DNA of 64,000 nucleotides from positions 25,730,001 to 25,794,000 of the forward strand of contig NC_043009.1 in NCBI RefSeq assembly GCF_006345805.1. The letters are read 5' to 3'. This document shows, piece by piece, positions 38,001-51,246 of the stretch (positions within the stretch are counted from its first letter, which is position 1; each line of letters begins with the position of its first letter). Source of the stretch: Octopus sinensis. Its lineage: Eukaryota. The notes under the pieces are model-generated. The model searched no databases. It was not told the DNA's origin and worked only from the letters and a program-made list of their open reading frames with translations. Both the position numbers and the translations under genes were made by a program.

Positions 38001-41000
38001 ACTCATGGTGTCGGCTATGAAAAGATTGTCGACATGTTGAAGAAATACGAAGAAGTGACAGTCCACCAACTCTTAAGAAATAAAAAGGCACCGAGAACAA
38101 GGTAAGTGTATCAATGATCACCACTACAACTACTGCCAGCACTACAACTGCCACTATGACCGCTACCACTACTACTGTTAAGTCGGGTACTTTATCAAGT
38201 CTCTTTTGCTGAACTGCTCAGTGTTGGGCAGTGGTGACAAACACTATGACACACATTGGCACTCCATTGGTTCTGATGATGACAGTTCCAGTTGATCCGA
38301 TCGACAGAACAGCTTCAAGTTAATGTGCAAGTGGCAGAGTACTCCACAGACGGTGAACCTGTAACATAGTTCTCAGGGAGAGAGTGGACAACAGACATTA
38401 AATGATGATGAAGATGATGATGAAGATGATGATGAATGTGACAAGGTTGGCCCTTGGAATTACTGGTACAACTCGTTTTTGCCAGCTGAGTGGATTGCAG
38501 CAATGTAAAATAAAGTGTCTTGCTCAAGGTCTCAATGCATCATTGGGAATTGAACTCATGACCGTATGATCATGAGCCAAATACCCTAACCACTAAGCCA
38601 CACACATCATCATCTTCATCATCATTTAATGTCCGTTTTCCATGCTGGCATGGGTTGGACGGTTTGACTGAGGAGGCTGCACCAGGCCCCAATCTGATCT
38701 GGCAAGGTTTTGACAGCTGGATGTCCTTCTTAACACCAACCGCTCTGAGAGTGTAGTGGGAGCTTTTTATGTGCTACTGGCACAGGGGCCAGTCAGGCAG
38801 CACTGGCATGGGCCATGGCAACAATTTTACTTGACTCAACAGGTCTTCTCAAGCACAGCATATTGCCCAACGATTGAAGGGTACTTTAAATGGGCCAGTT
38901 ATGTGAGAATACCCACATATATGATAGAGGCTACCTCAAAGTTTCTGTTTACCAAATTCACTGACAAGGCATTGGTTGGCCCAGGCTATAAGATGGCATG
39001 CAATGGGACTGAACCTGAAACCATATGGTTACAAAGTAACCCTCTTAACCACACAGTCATTTATTTTGAAGAATCAGTTCCTGGGACAGGATTTCACTTT
39101 TGCAACTTCAAAATTTTTTGGGTTCGCAATCTTTTATAACCCTTTGGCATTCAAATTATTCCGTCAAAGTTAATGCTACTCTATTCATATTATTTTGAAT
39201 TCATCATATATCATCTCATAGCATCAAGATTTTGGTGATGTGAGTGTTTATATTTAGAATGACATTGCAGGGTAAGAGTGAGAGGTCGGATCTGGCCAGT
39301 TTGAACGTAAAACAAGTAAAATATTTGGGGCAGATGTGGCCTGTTCAAATGCTAATGGCTTACCGCTTTTTTGTATTTGTTTGTTTGTTCTCTTTAGCGC
39401 TCCTGTGATAAATGCTGAGACGAGATCAGTGCAGAAGGAAAGTAAAAGAAACTATAAAAGGAATCGGAAAAGACACCGCTCTGCCAATAACGGTGAAAAT
39501 AAATCGAACAAGAACCATGGCATCAGTGAAAGCAGCGAAACAACCTGTGATGGAAATCTAGACGATGGAATGTATATGAGTCTATCATCACCTCTCAGAC
39601 CAGATTCTTGGGGATCAGATTCTAACTGGGATGAACCACAGCTGCCGAAATTGGGAAGAGTTGAAAATTTATCTGATTCTGAATGTACGGATTCCTCTCA
39701 GAGTAATTCTGTTGAACCATCTTCAGATGAAGAGGACATGGAGCATTTGGCATCATCTTTTAGTTTCGTGGATCTGGGTGAGAATGCCATAAGTTCGGTT
39801 ACAGATTCTGCAGATGTGTGTAGTAGTTTAGAGATGCTAGCATTGAACTGTTTATTAAAAGATGGCATGGATGAAAATTTAGATGTAGCTGACAGAGCCA
39901 TATTAGAAGCATGTCAGAAGAAGGATGATTTCTTGCAACAAATGTTCCAGAAAAGATCTCAAGCTGATGAAATAACACAAAGTGGGACAGATTTGGAACA
40001 GTCTGGGACAGACATTGCTCCTCAGATATCTGACAATTCGGAAGGGGAGCCATGTTTGTCAGACTCGGTTTCAGATGAAGATGGTGCATTTTATATTAAT
40101 TATTCCATAAAAATGGAATTTTTGACGTTATTAGCGCAGTTGTTTGGACCACTTGAAGAACTTGAAAATAAAGGTTAGTTAATTTCATCTTCATTTCTTC
40201 ATTTGTGTGTGTGTCTTTGTTTTCTTTTTTGTGTGAGCTGTTTTGTATTCATTATTTTCCATGTGTATCTGGATTGGGTAAGGTTTTGTATGGAAGCATT
40301 CCATTCTAAAGCTGAATCATCATCGTTGTTTAACACTCATTCTCCATGCTGGAATGGTTTGGGCAGTTTGACAGGATCTAGAAGGTCCATGCACTGCATT
40401 GTGTTCCATTCTCTAGTTTGGTATGGTTTCTACAGCTACATGCCCTTCACAACACCAACCATTTTACAGCTGTACAAGCTTCCATGAAAATATGTCTGGA
40501 CTAAAGGAAAATATCAATATTACCTTGTTTGGAAACAGGTGAGAATTGGTGACAGGGAGAGCATCCAACTGTAGAGAATTCTGTCTCAACAGATCTTATG
40601 TGACTCGTGCACACATAGAAAAGGAGTTATTAAAAGAAAGGCAATGAGGATGTATTTGTATATATACTTGATGTTTGTGTGTGATTAGTTTTTATCACAT
40701 GATTTATTCAAACAGTTGTAATATTATAATTTTGTAATATTTTCTTTTAAACAGTGCCTGATAAAGAAGGGTTTATTAATACGAAACTATCATTAGAGCA
40801 TCTGTCTTCTTTACATAAGACTTTATCAGAAATTTGTCAATCAAAAAAAGGTAAGAACAATTCTATTTCACCTTTATATTTATTGTTTCTGAAGTGTGTG
40901 TGTGCTGTTTTCATAGTTGGTTTAGCTAATATGATAGGAGTGTTGCACAACCAGGTAATGTTTCAGAACAGTTTAGAAGCATCATGATCTGTCCATGACC

Positions 41001-41868
41001 AACACTCTTGACTCTCCTTCAATTCATTTAACTGTAAATAGGTAGTATGATGGATGTACAGTTTACTGATTCGATACCAATAATAATAATAATAACAACA
41101 ACAAGATCACTCAGAGAGTGCAAACCTCTGCCAAGGTAATACCAACATCCTCTCAACAATTAGCCAGAGAGGATTTTTAAAATGAGAATATCTGAAATAA
41201 AGTTGACTGCTCTCACAAATGAGTTTACTAAAAATGAACCCGACCGCTCTCAAGAATTAAGTAAAATAACCGGAAAATTAATCCAGAACCCTTGTCCAGT
41301 ACCAAAATGTAATTAGTTTGTGCCAGTCATGAGGCCAAACATTCCAAAAAGTTTCATGTGAATCCATCCAGTGGTTCTTGAGATATCTTGTCCACAGACA
41401 AACAAACACGACTGAAAACAATATCTCTGCCTCCACTAAAGCGGAGGTAATAATCCTTTCAATTTTGGTGCAGGGCTTAAAATTTTGATGGGAGAGGGCT
41501 GTTCATTACAGTGAATCTTGTACTCGGCTGGTACTTATTTTTATCAACCCTGAGAGGATGAAAGAAAAAGTTGACTTCCACAGGATTTGAACTTGAAATG
41601 TGAAGAGTGGGAAGAAATGCTGCTAAGCATTTGGTCTGACATGCTCATGAATCTGCCTGCAATAATAATAATAATAATTCTTTCTACTAAAGGCGCAAGG
41701 CCTGAAATTTTGTGGGAGGGGACTAGTCAATTACATCAACCTTTATCAACCCCAAAAGGATGAAAGGCAAAGTTGACCTTGGCAGAATTTGAACATAGAA
41801 CGTAAAGACAGATGAAATAACACTAAGCATTTTTCCCGATGTGCTAACAGTTCTGCCAGCTCATCCCC

Positions 41869-41900
<32 letters not shown>

Positions 41901-44900
41901 CCTTTCTTCTACCGACACAAGGCCTGGATTTTGTGGGGAGTGGGACAGTCAATCACATCAACTCCAGTATGCAACTGGTACATTTTCATCATCCCCAAAA
42001 GGATGACAGGCAAAGTCAACCTCAGTGGAATTTGAACATAGAACATAAGGACAGATGAGATGCCACTAAGCAGTTTTCCCAAAGTACTAATGGTTCTGCC
42101 AGCTCACCACCATAATAATAAGAAGAATGGTTTCAAATTTTGGCACAAGGCTGACAGTATAGGAGTAGGGTGGGGGTAGGTGGTGGAGTAAATCAATTAC
42201 ATCAAAGCCAGTGCTCAACTTGGTATTTACTTTATCAACCCCCAAAATGAAGAAAGACTGTCAACTTCAGCAGAATTTGAACTTGGAACTTAAAGAGAGA
42301 TGGAATGCCGCTAACCATTTTGCCTGGTGTGCTAATGATTCTGTCAGCTTGCAACCTTCATGATGATCATAACGGAGGAGGGGATCAGTACGCAATGGAT
42401 ACTTAATTTATTGACCCCGAAAGGACAAAGGCATAGTCAACCTCGGCAGAATAATAATCCTTTCTACTATAGGCAGAAGGCCCAAAATCTTTGGGGAGGG
42501 TCCAGTCAATTAGATTTACCCCACTACGCAACTGGTACTTAATTTATCGATCCCAAAAGGACAAAAGGCAAAGTTGATTTTGGCGGAATTTGAACTCAGA
42601 ACATGAAGACAGAGGAAATACCGCTAAGCATTTCGCCCAGTGTGGTAATCATTTTACCAGCTCACAGCCTTAATAAAATATTAAATATCAGTCATGTACT
42701 GGGGTTGATGAGATCAATTTACCCCTTCCCCTCAGATTTCTGACCTTGTCTCAGTATTTCAAACTATGTACTAGTTATTGTTTTTTTTTGTCTTTCTCAG
42801 AAGCTAAAAATAGACGAAGTGATAATTTACCACTTTCGGAGTTTGTGGATGATACAACAGACTTCCAGGAAGTGCCAAACATACCATTATCATCATCATC
42901 TGCCACACCTGACTCACTTTCGCAAATCATGAGGGAACAACAGGAGGGTCAGATTGAACTCGAACTAAAGGTTTGTTTTGTTTTGTTTTTTGTTTATTCT
43001 GTTAATTGCATTTTATTTATGCCAAAACCTTGTGGGTAGAATTGGTTGACAGAAATCAAAAAGAAGCCCACTGTGTGTATGTGTGTGTGTGATTGTATCA
43101 CCTGTATTGACCAGACTATTAGATGTTATACATCACTGATCACAATGCACTTCCAATTCTTAATATTTACCCCTTTCGTTACTGTATTTATTTTGAGATG
43201 CTCTGTAGTTCTTTCAATTGATTTTAAATATAACAAAGAATTTAATAAAATAACTTAGTTATCATTAAGCCAGTGTTAGGAACATATATTGTGACTAAGG
43301 TTTAATGAAAGATTTTAATTCAAAGCTTATGAAAACAAGACATTTGTACCACAGAATCAGAGTCGGTTTCAGGTGGGTTGGTAACGAAAAGGTTAACACA
43401 CACACTGGTTCAGTTTCCATTCATTTACTTCTTTATTTTTTTCTAAAATTTTCGTTGTGTCTTGCAACCTTTTCAGACTATTGAAAAGGTTGCAAGATGT
43501 AATGAAAATTTTAGAAAAAGATAAAGAAGTATTTACCTGCCATTCTGAGTTCAAACCCAACAAGGAATCACTTTGTCATAGTCTTCTGGGGCTGTTAAAA
43601 TAAATGTTGATCAAATACTGGCATTGATTTAATTAATTATTCCCAGCCATGAAAATCTGTGTGTGTTTGTGTGTGTGTTAGCCTCATCCTTTTCATCATG
43701 TCCTCCTTCTTTGCTGGCTTGGACTGGACTGGACTGTTTGACAAGCTTTTTTTGGTCAGGGGACTGCGTTGTGCTCCAATGTCTGTTTTCATATGGCTTC
43801 TATAGCTGAATGCCCATTCTAATGGCCACCACTTTAACCCTTCAGAAATTAAATATATCTGGCCCAAATTTTCTACCTGTTTTATGTTCAAACCAGCCAG
43901 ATCCAGCCTCTCACACCTACCCTACAATGTCCCACTAAAAGTAAATAATCACATCATCACGATCTCAAATCTTAAAAACTAATGCATGATTAATTCAAAA
44001 CAGTGTGAATAAATATTCATTACATTTGACAGAATAAACTGGATGCTAAATGGTTAAAGAAAGTACTAAGTGCCTTTTTTTTGTGATACCGGAGACCCCC
44101 TTCAGTCACAAATGACCATGGGATTGCACCTAGAAAGTTACCCTCTGAGGCACAAGTCCAGGCAAGGTTGTTTATGGAAGACCAGTAGTTGCCCATGCAT
44201 ACCAGCCTCCCCTCCCCACACCACCAGTGTTATCCAAGGGAAAGGCAAAGTCCAATAGAGCTTGGCACCTGTGACGTCGCAACTCATTTCTGCAGCTGAG
44301 TGAACTGGAGCAACATGAAATAAAGTGTCTTGCTCAAGAACACAACACGCAGCTTGGTTCGGGATTTGAACTCACAACCTCACGACCGTAAGATTGACAC
44401 TCTAACCACTGAGCCCTGTGCCTTTTGTGATACCAGTACTACACAAATGAGGTTGCTGTGTAGCTTTCAAGACAGAGATTGTCTTTAACTGAGAGAAAGA
44501 GGCACTTCTTTTTTTAGGTGATGAAAGGTTAAAGTATGACAGAAGGAGCCAAATCAGGTTTCTTGCAGTAGAAGAGATACATGGAGTCTAAGGGTACAAA
44601 ACATTTGCTTTAAAGTGTTCAGCTTTATTTATATCCCAACATCAATCCAAAATTAATTCAATAATCTTTAAAGATAAAGTTTAATTAGTTATCTAATCTG
44701 CTGTTTCCAAGATACCAGATTAATTGATGTGAACTAAAGTTACTTTATTTTAATAAATCTTGCAAATTTTTTATTGTTTTCAAAATTAATTAAAACATCA
44801 TCATCATCATCATTTAACGTCCGTTTTCCATGCTGGCATGGGTTGGACGGTTCAACTGGGGTCTGGAAAGCCGGGAGGCTGCACCAGGCCCCAATCTGAT

Positions 44901-47900
44901 ATGGCAGTGTTTCTACAGCTGGATGCCCTTCCTAATGCCAACCACTCCGAGAGTGTAGTGGGTGCTTTTTGTGTTCCACTGGCACAGGGGCCAGAAGAGC
45001 TGGCATCGACCACGATCAGATGGTGCTTTTTACGTGCCACCAGCATGGAAGCCAGTCAAAGTGGCACTGGCATCGGCCAAGTTTGGATGGTGCATTTTAC
45101 GTGTTACTGGCATGGGGCTTACAACTACAATTTCCATTTGATTTGATATTGATGTTGATGTACTTGACTCAATAGGTCTCCTCAAGCATGTCATGTCGCT
45201 CTACAATCCAAGGTACTTTTGAGTGGGCTGGTTATGTGACACTGGTGTAGGTTACAACTGTGGACTCACTTTATTTGCTGGGTCTTCTCAGTCACAGCGT
45301 ACCTCCAGAGGTCTTGGTCTTTTGTCATTGCCTCTGTGAGGGCCCAACGTTCAAAGGTCATGCTTCACCACCTCATCTCGTGTCTTCCTGGGTCTACCTC
45401 TACCTCAGATTCCACCTAAGAATAATATTTGTTTGTTAAGAATATGATCATAAAATGTTAAATAAAATAAAATTTCATATAAAACAATAATTTACAAAAA
45501 AATTCTGTATTCCAAATAAAAATATTGGGGAAGACTTTTTTGTGTGTGAGTGTCTGCATATGATGAAATGGAAAAAGATAGGGATGGAAACGCTAATGTT
45601 ACTTTATTCTGATGAGACTAACTGGAGTCAGCTGTCATATGCCAGAATCCAAGAAACCTGTGGTAGAGGGTGGGGAATGGCAGAGTAGTATTAATTCTGT
45701 TTCCTGTTCCCTCCCTTGATTTTAGGAACACTGTTGTTTTTGCTCATGTTGTTATCGTACCTTGTAGCTGTATTATTCAGTTACTATTGGAAACTTGTAC
45801 TACACTAGGAACCCTTCTTTTGAATATATTGCTGTTGTATAAGGTTGAGTTTATGGAAAACAGAAAGAATTGGTGAGGAACACAAGACAAAAAACCCCAA
45901 GAAACAAAATGGAGGTCTCTTGGTTTGGATGTCTATACATTATATATACATCCACACAAATACATTCAAGAGCACTTGTGTTAGAAAATTACTTAATAAA
46001 TAAAATAATTGTTGCTATTTTCATTTTCAGCTTCAGAGAAATGATCCAGTTACTGTGGGCAAACTGCGGAAGCTTTGTTCCGAGTTTCCTGGTTATGATC
46101 CCAACATCATTGAAATCATTTTTCAGGAGAATGAGTGAGTATTTTGTTATTGGAGATTCCTAGTTGAAAGATGGGTTGTGGTAGGATTTGGTCTTTGACC
46201 ACATGGTCACAGTAGTGTTGTTGTTGATGGTCATGGCTGGAATGCTTTTCATCATAGGTCTGCTTGATGAAGGTAGGCTGAAGGCTAAACTGAAAGAAAA
46301 ACAAATGGCCGAGTGTCTTTGATTATTGGTCTACATGATCAGGTTAAAAAGCAATAACAAAATCACATGATGGTCACTGTTGGAACACCTTTGATCACAG
46401 GCCTGCTGAAGGAGGGTAAGTCTTGGCCTAAAAATATTGGGTTAGTCAGGGATGAATTGCTTGTGGCCATAGGTTCACTTCATCAGGACTGACCTGAGAT
46501 TAAACAGCAACAACAAAAAACCCCAGTAAATTAATTAAAATATGCAGAGTCTTGATCAAACTGTCTCTTCCATTAAATATACATTCTATAGTCATTTTAC
46601 CTACTGGCATATATTCTGGCATATAAGTTGATGTATATAGTGTAAACATGTAGTGCAAACATTTAAACATCTTCACTATCTTTCCAAAACCTGATGCATT
46701 TCATATGGAATTTTTGTTCCCCCAAAGTTGTTTTGGTGTAAATCTTGGTTTGAAATATTCAACTTGTATTCTGGAAAATATGATAAAATCCTCTTAATCA
46801 AGAATTCACCCATTGATATCCTTTAATTACAGCTCTCTATACATTCTATAGTTGTTGTATCTGTATCTCTCCCTCCCTCTCTCTTCCAGTTACAATTACA
46901 CAACAACTCTTGCTTTCTTAAATGGTGTCCCAGATAAGACAGGCTTGGATAATAAAGTATTTTCAGATTCACCACAGCAGTGTGTTGTAAGACGAACGGT
47001 AAGTTGTTTATGCACATGTATATAATATATACAGCAGGGTGTAAAAGTAGGTTGTTCGTTCCTTCTTGAGCCATGCCTGGCTCATGAGGGCCAGTTTCCT
47101 GGTTTCCGTGGCGTATAGGTTCCCCACCTGGATGGGACGTCGGCCCATCACAGGCGAGCTGCAAGATGCAGGAGGAAAGAGTGAGAGAAAGTTGTGGCGT
47201 AAGAGTCAGCAGAAGTTCACCATTATCTTCTGCCGGAGCCACGTGGAGCTTAGGTGTTTCGCTCATAAACACACACATCACCTGGTCTGAGATTTGAACC
47301 CGTAATCCCTCGACCGCTAGTCTGCTGCTCTAACCACTAGGCCATGTGTTTCCACAAAAGTAAGTATATAGTTATGAAAAAAGAAAACATGTACAATACT
47401 CCTTTATTTTTATCAAAAAGATTAAAAGTTATGATCAATGTTTTATTATGATTAATGACACTGAAAATATCAAAAAAGAGGCTGATTTTTTATTATTTTC
47501 ATAAAAGTAAATGAGCATTGTGCTTTCTTTTTTCATGAACGTGGCCAATGCCAGTATTCCTCTGACTGGCTCCCGTGCCGGTGACACATAAAAAGCACCC
47601 ACTATACTCTTGGAGTTGTTGGTGCTATGAAGGACATCCAGCTGTAGAAACATTGCCAGATCAGATTGGAACCTGGTGCAGCCGCTGGCTCTCCAGACCT
47701 TTTTACATGTCAAACCATCCAGCCCATGCTGGCATGGAAAATGGACGTTAAGCGATGGTGATGATGATGGTAACTGTATACCTACTTTTGCACCCATCAT
47801 ACCATCATCATCATCATGAGTGTATGTATGATAGTCTGTCATCATCATCGTTTAACGTCTGCCTTCCATGCTAGCATGGGTGGGACGTCTTTACACAAAA

Positions 47901-48237
47901 TGTGAAGATGGACAAAATGACAATCAGCATTTTAGGTTGACTTTACTTTTCATCCTTTTGTGTAGCATTGATAAAATATGTATCAGTTGAGTTCTAGGGT
48001 TTATGTAACTGGCTTATCCGTCCCCTAAAAATTGCTGGCCTTATTTCAATATTTGAAACTATTATTATTATTATGCTGTTTGGGTCAACTTTACCTTTCA
48101 TCCTTTTGAGGTTGATAAATTAAGTACCAGTTGCATACTGGGGGAGGGGATGTAATCGACTTATCCCCTTCTTTGAAACTGCTGGCCTTGGGCCAAAATT
48201 TGAAACCATTGTTATTATTATCATCATCATCATTATT

Positions 48238-48272
<35 letters not shown>

Positions 48273-49652
48273 TAAGGAGTTGAAGATGGTGAGCTAGCAG
48301 CATCATTAGCACACCAGACAAAATGTTTGGTGGCATTTCATCTGGCTGTATGTTCCGAGTTCAAATTTCACTGATGTCAACTTTGCCTTCCATCATTTTG
48401 GGATTGATAAAGTATTAGTTGAGCATTGGGGTTGACGTAATCAAATAGCATCCTCTCCTAAAAGTTCAGACCTAAAGCCTATAGTAGAAAGAATTATTGG
48501 CTCTTGTGCAGGTGGCACATAAAAAGCACCATTTGAGCATGGTCGATGTCAGTACTGCCTGACTGGCCCTTGTGCCGGTTGCACGTTAAAGCACACACTA
48601 CACTCTCAGAGTGGTTGGCATTAGGAAGGGCATCCACCTGTAGAAACTTTGTCCAGATTGAACTGGAGCTTGGTGCAGCCTTCTGGCTCACCAGCCCTCA
48701 GTCAAACCATCCAACCCATGCCAGCATGGAAAGTGGACATTAAACAACAATGATGATGATGATGATGATTATCGTTATTCTTATTATGAAGGCGGTGAGC
48801 TGGCAGAAATGATAGCACACTGGACGAAATGCTTAGTGGTATTTCATGTGCTGTTATGTTCTGAGTTCAAATTACACCAAGGTCGACTTTGCCTTTCATC
48901 CTTTCAGGGTCGATAAAACAAGTACCAGTTATGCACTGGGGTCGGTGTTATTGACTTAATCCCTTCCCCCAAATTTGAGGCCTTGTGCTTCCAGTTGAAA
49001 GGATCATTATTATTAAGGCGGTGAGGTGGCTGAATCGTTAGCACACTGGATGAAATGCTTAGCGGTATTTCACTCATTGCTATGTTCTGAGTTCAAATTC
49101 CATCATGGTTGACTTTGCCTTTCATCCTTTTGAGGTCGATTAAATAAGTACCAGTTATGCATTGGGGTTGATGTAATCAATTGAAATAATAATTATTATT
49201 GTTATGAGGGTGACAAGCTGGCAGAATCGTTAGCATGGTAGATGAAATGCTTAACGATATTTCATCCATCGCTATGTTCTGTGTTCAAGTTCTGCCATGG
49301 TCAACTTTGTCTTTCATCCTTTTGGGGTCAATAAATTAAGTACCAGTTGAATACTGGGGTTGATGTAATTGACTCATCCCCTCTGCCAAAATTGTTGTCC
49401 TTGTGGCAAAATTTGAAACCTTTATTATTATTATTATTAAGGTGGTGGGCTGGCAGATTTGTTAGCATGGTGGACAAAATGCTTAGCAATATTTCACCCG
49501 TTGCTATGTTCTGAGTTCAAAACTCACCGAGGTCAACTTTGCTTTACATCCTTTCAGGGTTGATAAATTAAGTACCCGTGAAACACTGGGGTTGATGTAA
49601 TTGACTAGTCCCCTCCCCACAAATTTCAAGCCTTATGTCTAAAGTAGAAAGG

Positions 49653-49685
<33 letters not shown>

Positions 49686-51204
49686 TGTAGCTATTCTTTT
49701 TCGTTATTTATATTTTCTTTATTTTTATATTTCAGAATACACCAAAAATCTATTCTAGAAACCGTTTCCTCAACTGGATCCAGGTTCCTAAAGTAGATTA
49801 TCAAAACCAAATTGCCTTTTATAAAAAGCGTCTTTCTGATTCTACTGTTAAGAAACACCTGTACAACACACAATGTTTATCGTTAGCCAAAGAATATAAT
49901 CAGTCGCAAGTAAGAAATACTGTTTCCTCTATCCTTCTTTAATGGTGGTCATTTCATTTTTTTTTTTTATTGTTGTTAGTTTTTCATTTTGAGCATCAAA
50001 TATCTCAGGGAACAGGATTTACACCAGAGTATTCAGCATCATAGGTCTGCCTTACAATGTGCACCCTTTTATTCCAGCCCTTCAATGTGTACCCTGCCTT
50101 CTCTCCCTTAGATGTAAACCCCATCTTCTCCCAGCCCAGCAGTGTGTGCCTCCTCCTGCCACCCTACAATATGCTCCCCCTTTTTCCAGCCTTTCTCATG
50201 AGCCTTCTTTTTTCATCCCTGCAATGTGTGTTCTTTTCTCCCTGCACTACAATGGGCACCCCCTCCTTCTCCCAGCCCTGCAATAAAATCTTCTCCTCCC
50301 ACATTTTTTCTACATCTTTCAGATTTCACCCTCCTGTGCTGGAGTTATTTTAAACCCCTCTTTCTTTTAATGTATATATAGTCCATTCTGCTGGCTGGTT
50401 GGTGTCAGGAAGGGCATCCAGCTGTAAAAATCCTGCCAACACAGTCACAGAAGTCTGGTGCAGGCTTCAGCTTGGCCGGCTCTTGTGATACCATTCCAAC
50501 CATGGTAGCATGCAAGGCTTTCCATGCTATCATGGGTGGGATGGCATTTGCACCAGAAGCTCCTCTACAAACATTTCAGAGTGTTTGGGTATCAATCTGA
50601 GGACAGTGCAACCTGAGGACATGTACTCAGAGTGATAAAAATCAAACATCCAGTCAACATGTGGTGTTTGGAGTGATCACTAGTGATGGCGATGTTATGC
50701 CTCCATTCATCTTCCCACACGGCCTCAGACTCAACAAGAGGCCTACATCAAGTGCCTGGAGAAGGTAGTTCTGCCCTGGGTCGAGAGGGTGGATGCTGGA
50801 AGGCTATATGTTTGGCAACAGGACTCTATCCCATGCCATACAAGCAGAAAACACATCACCCTAACATTTGGCCACCTAACTCCCCTCTTGATTATTATGT
50901 GTGGGCGCAGTTGAGTGAGAGACCAACCAACTCCTTGTTACACCAAAGATGAACTGAAGGCAAGGCTTATGGCAGCATTCATGAATATAAACAAGGAGAC
51001 TGTTCAGAAGAGTTGCAGGAGATTCCGAAGTCGTTTGGAGGCTGTAGTTGAAGCCAATGGCGATTTTATTGAATAAATTTATTCTTTAGTTTCTCAAAAT
51101 ATTTTTGTTTAATTTTGGTAAATCTATCTGTTAAAATGAGATGACAGTGTTATTTTCATTTTTTGCGTAATTTAGATGAAAGTTTATTCACCGCATCCTG
51201 TATG

Positions 51205-51246
<42 letters not shown>

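Noticed and set aside
45608-45645. CTGATGA-GAC...GTC hammerhead-like start
   Set aside because: Stem II is followed by AGCT rather than GAAA; core incomplete
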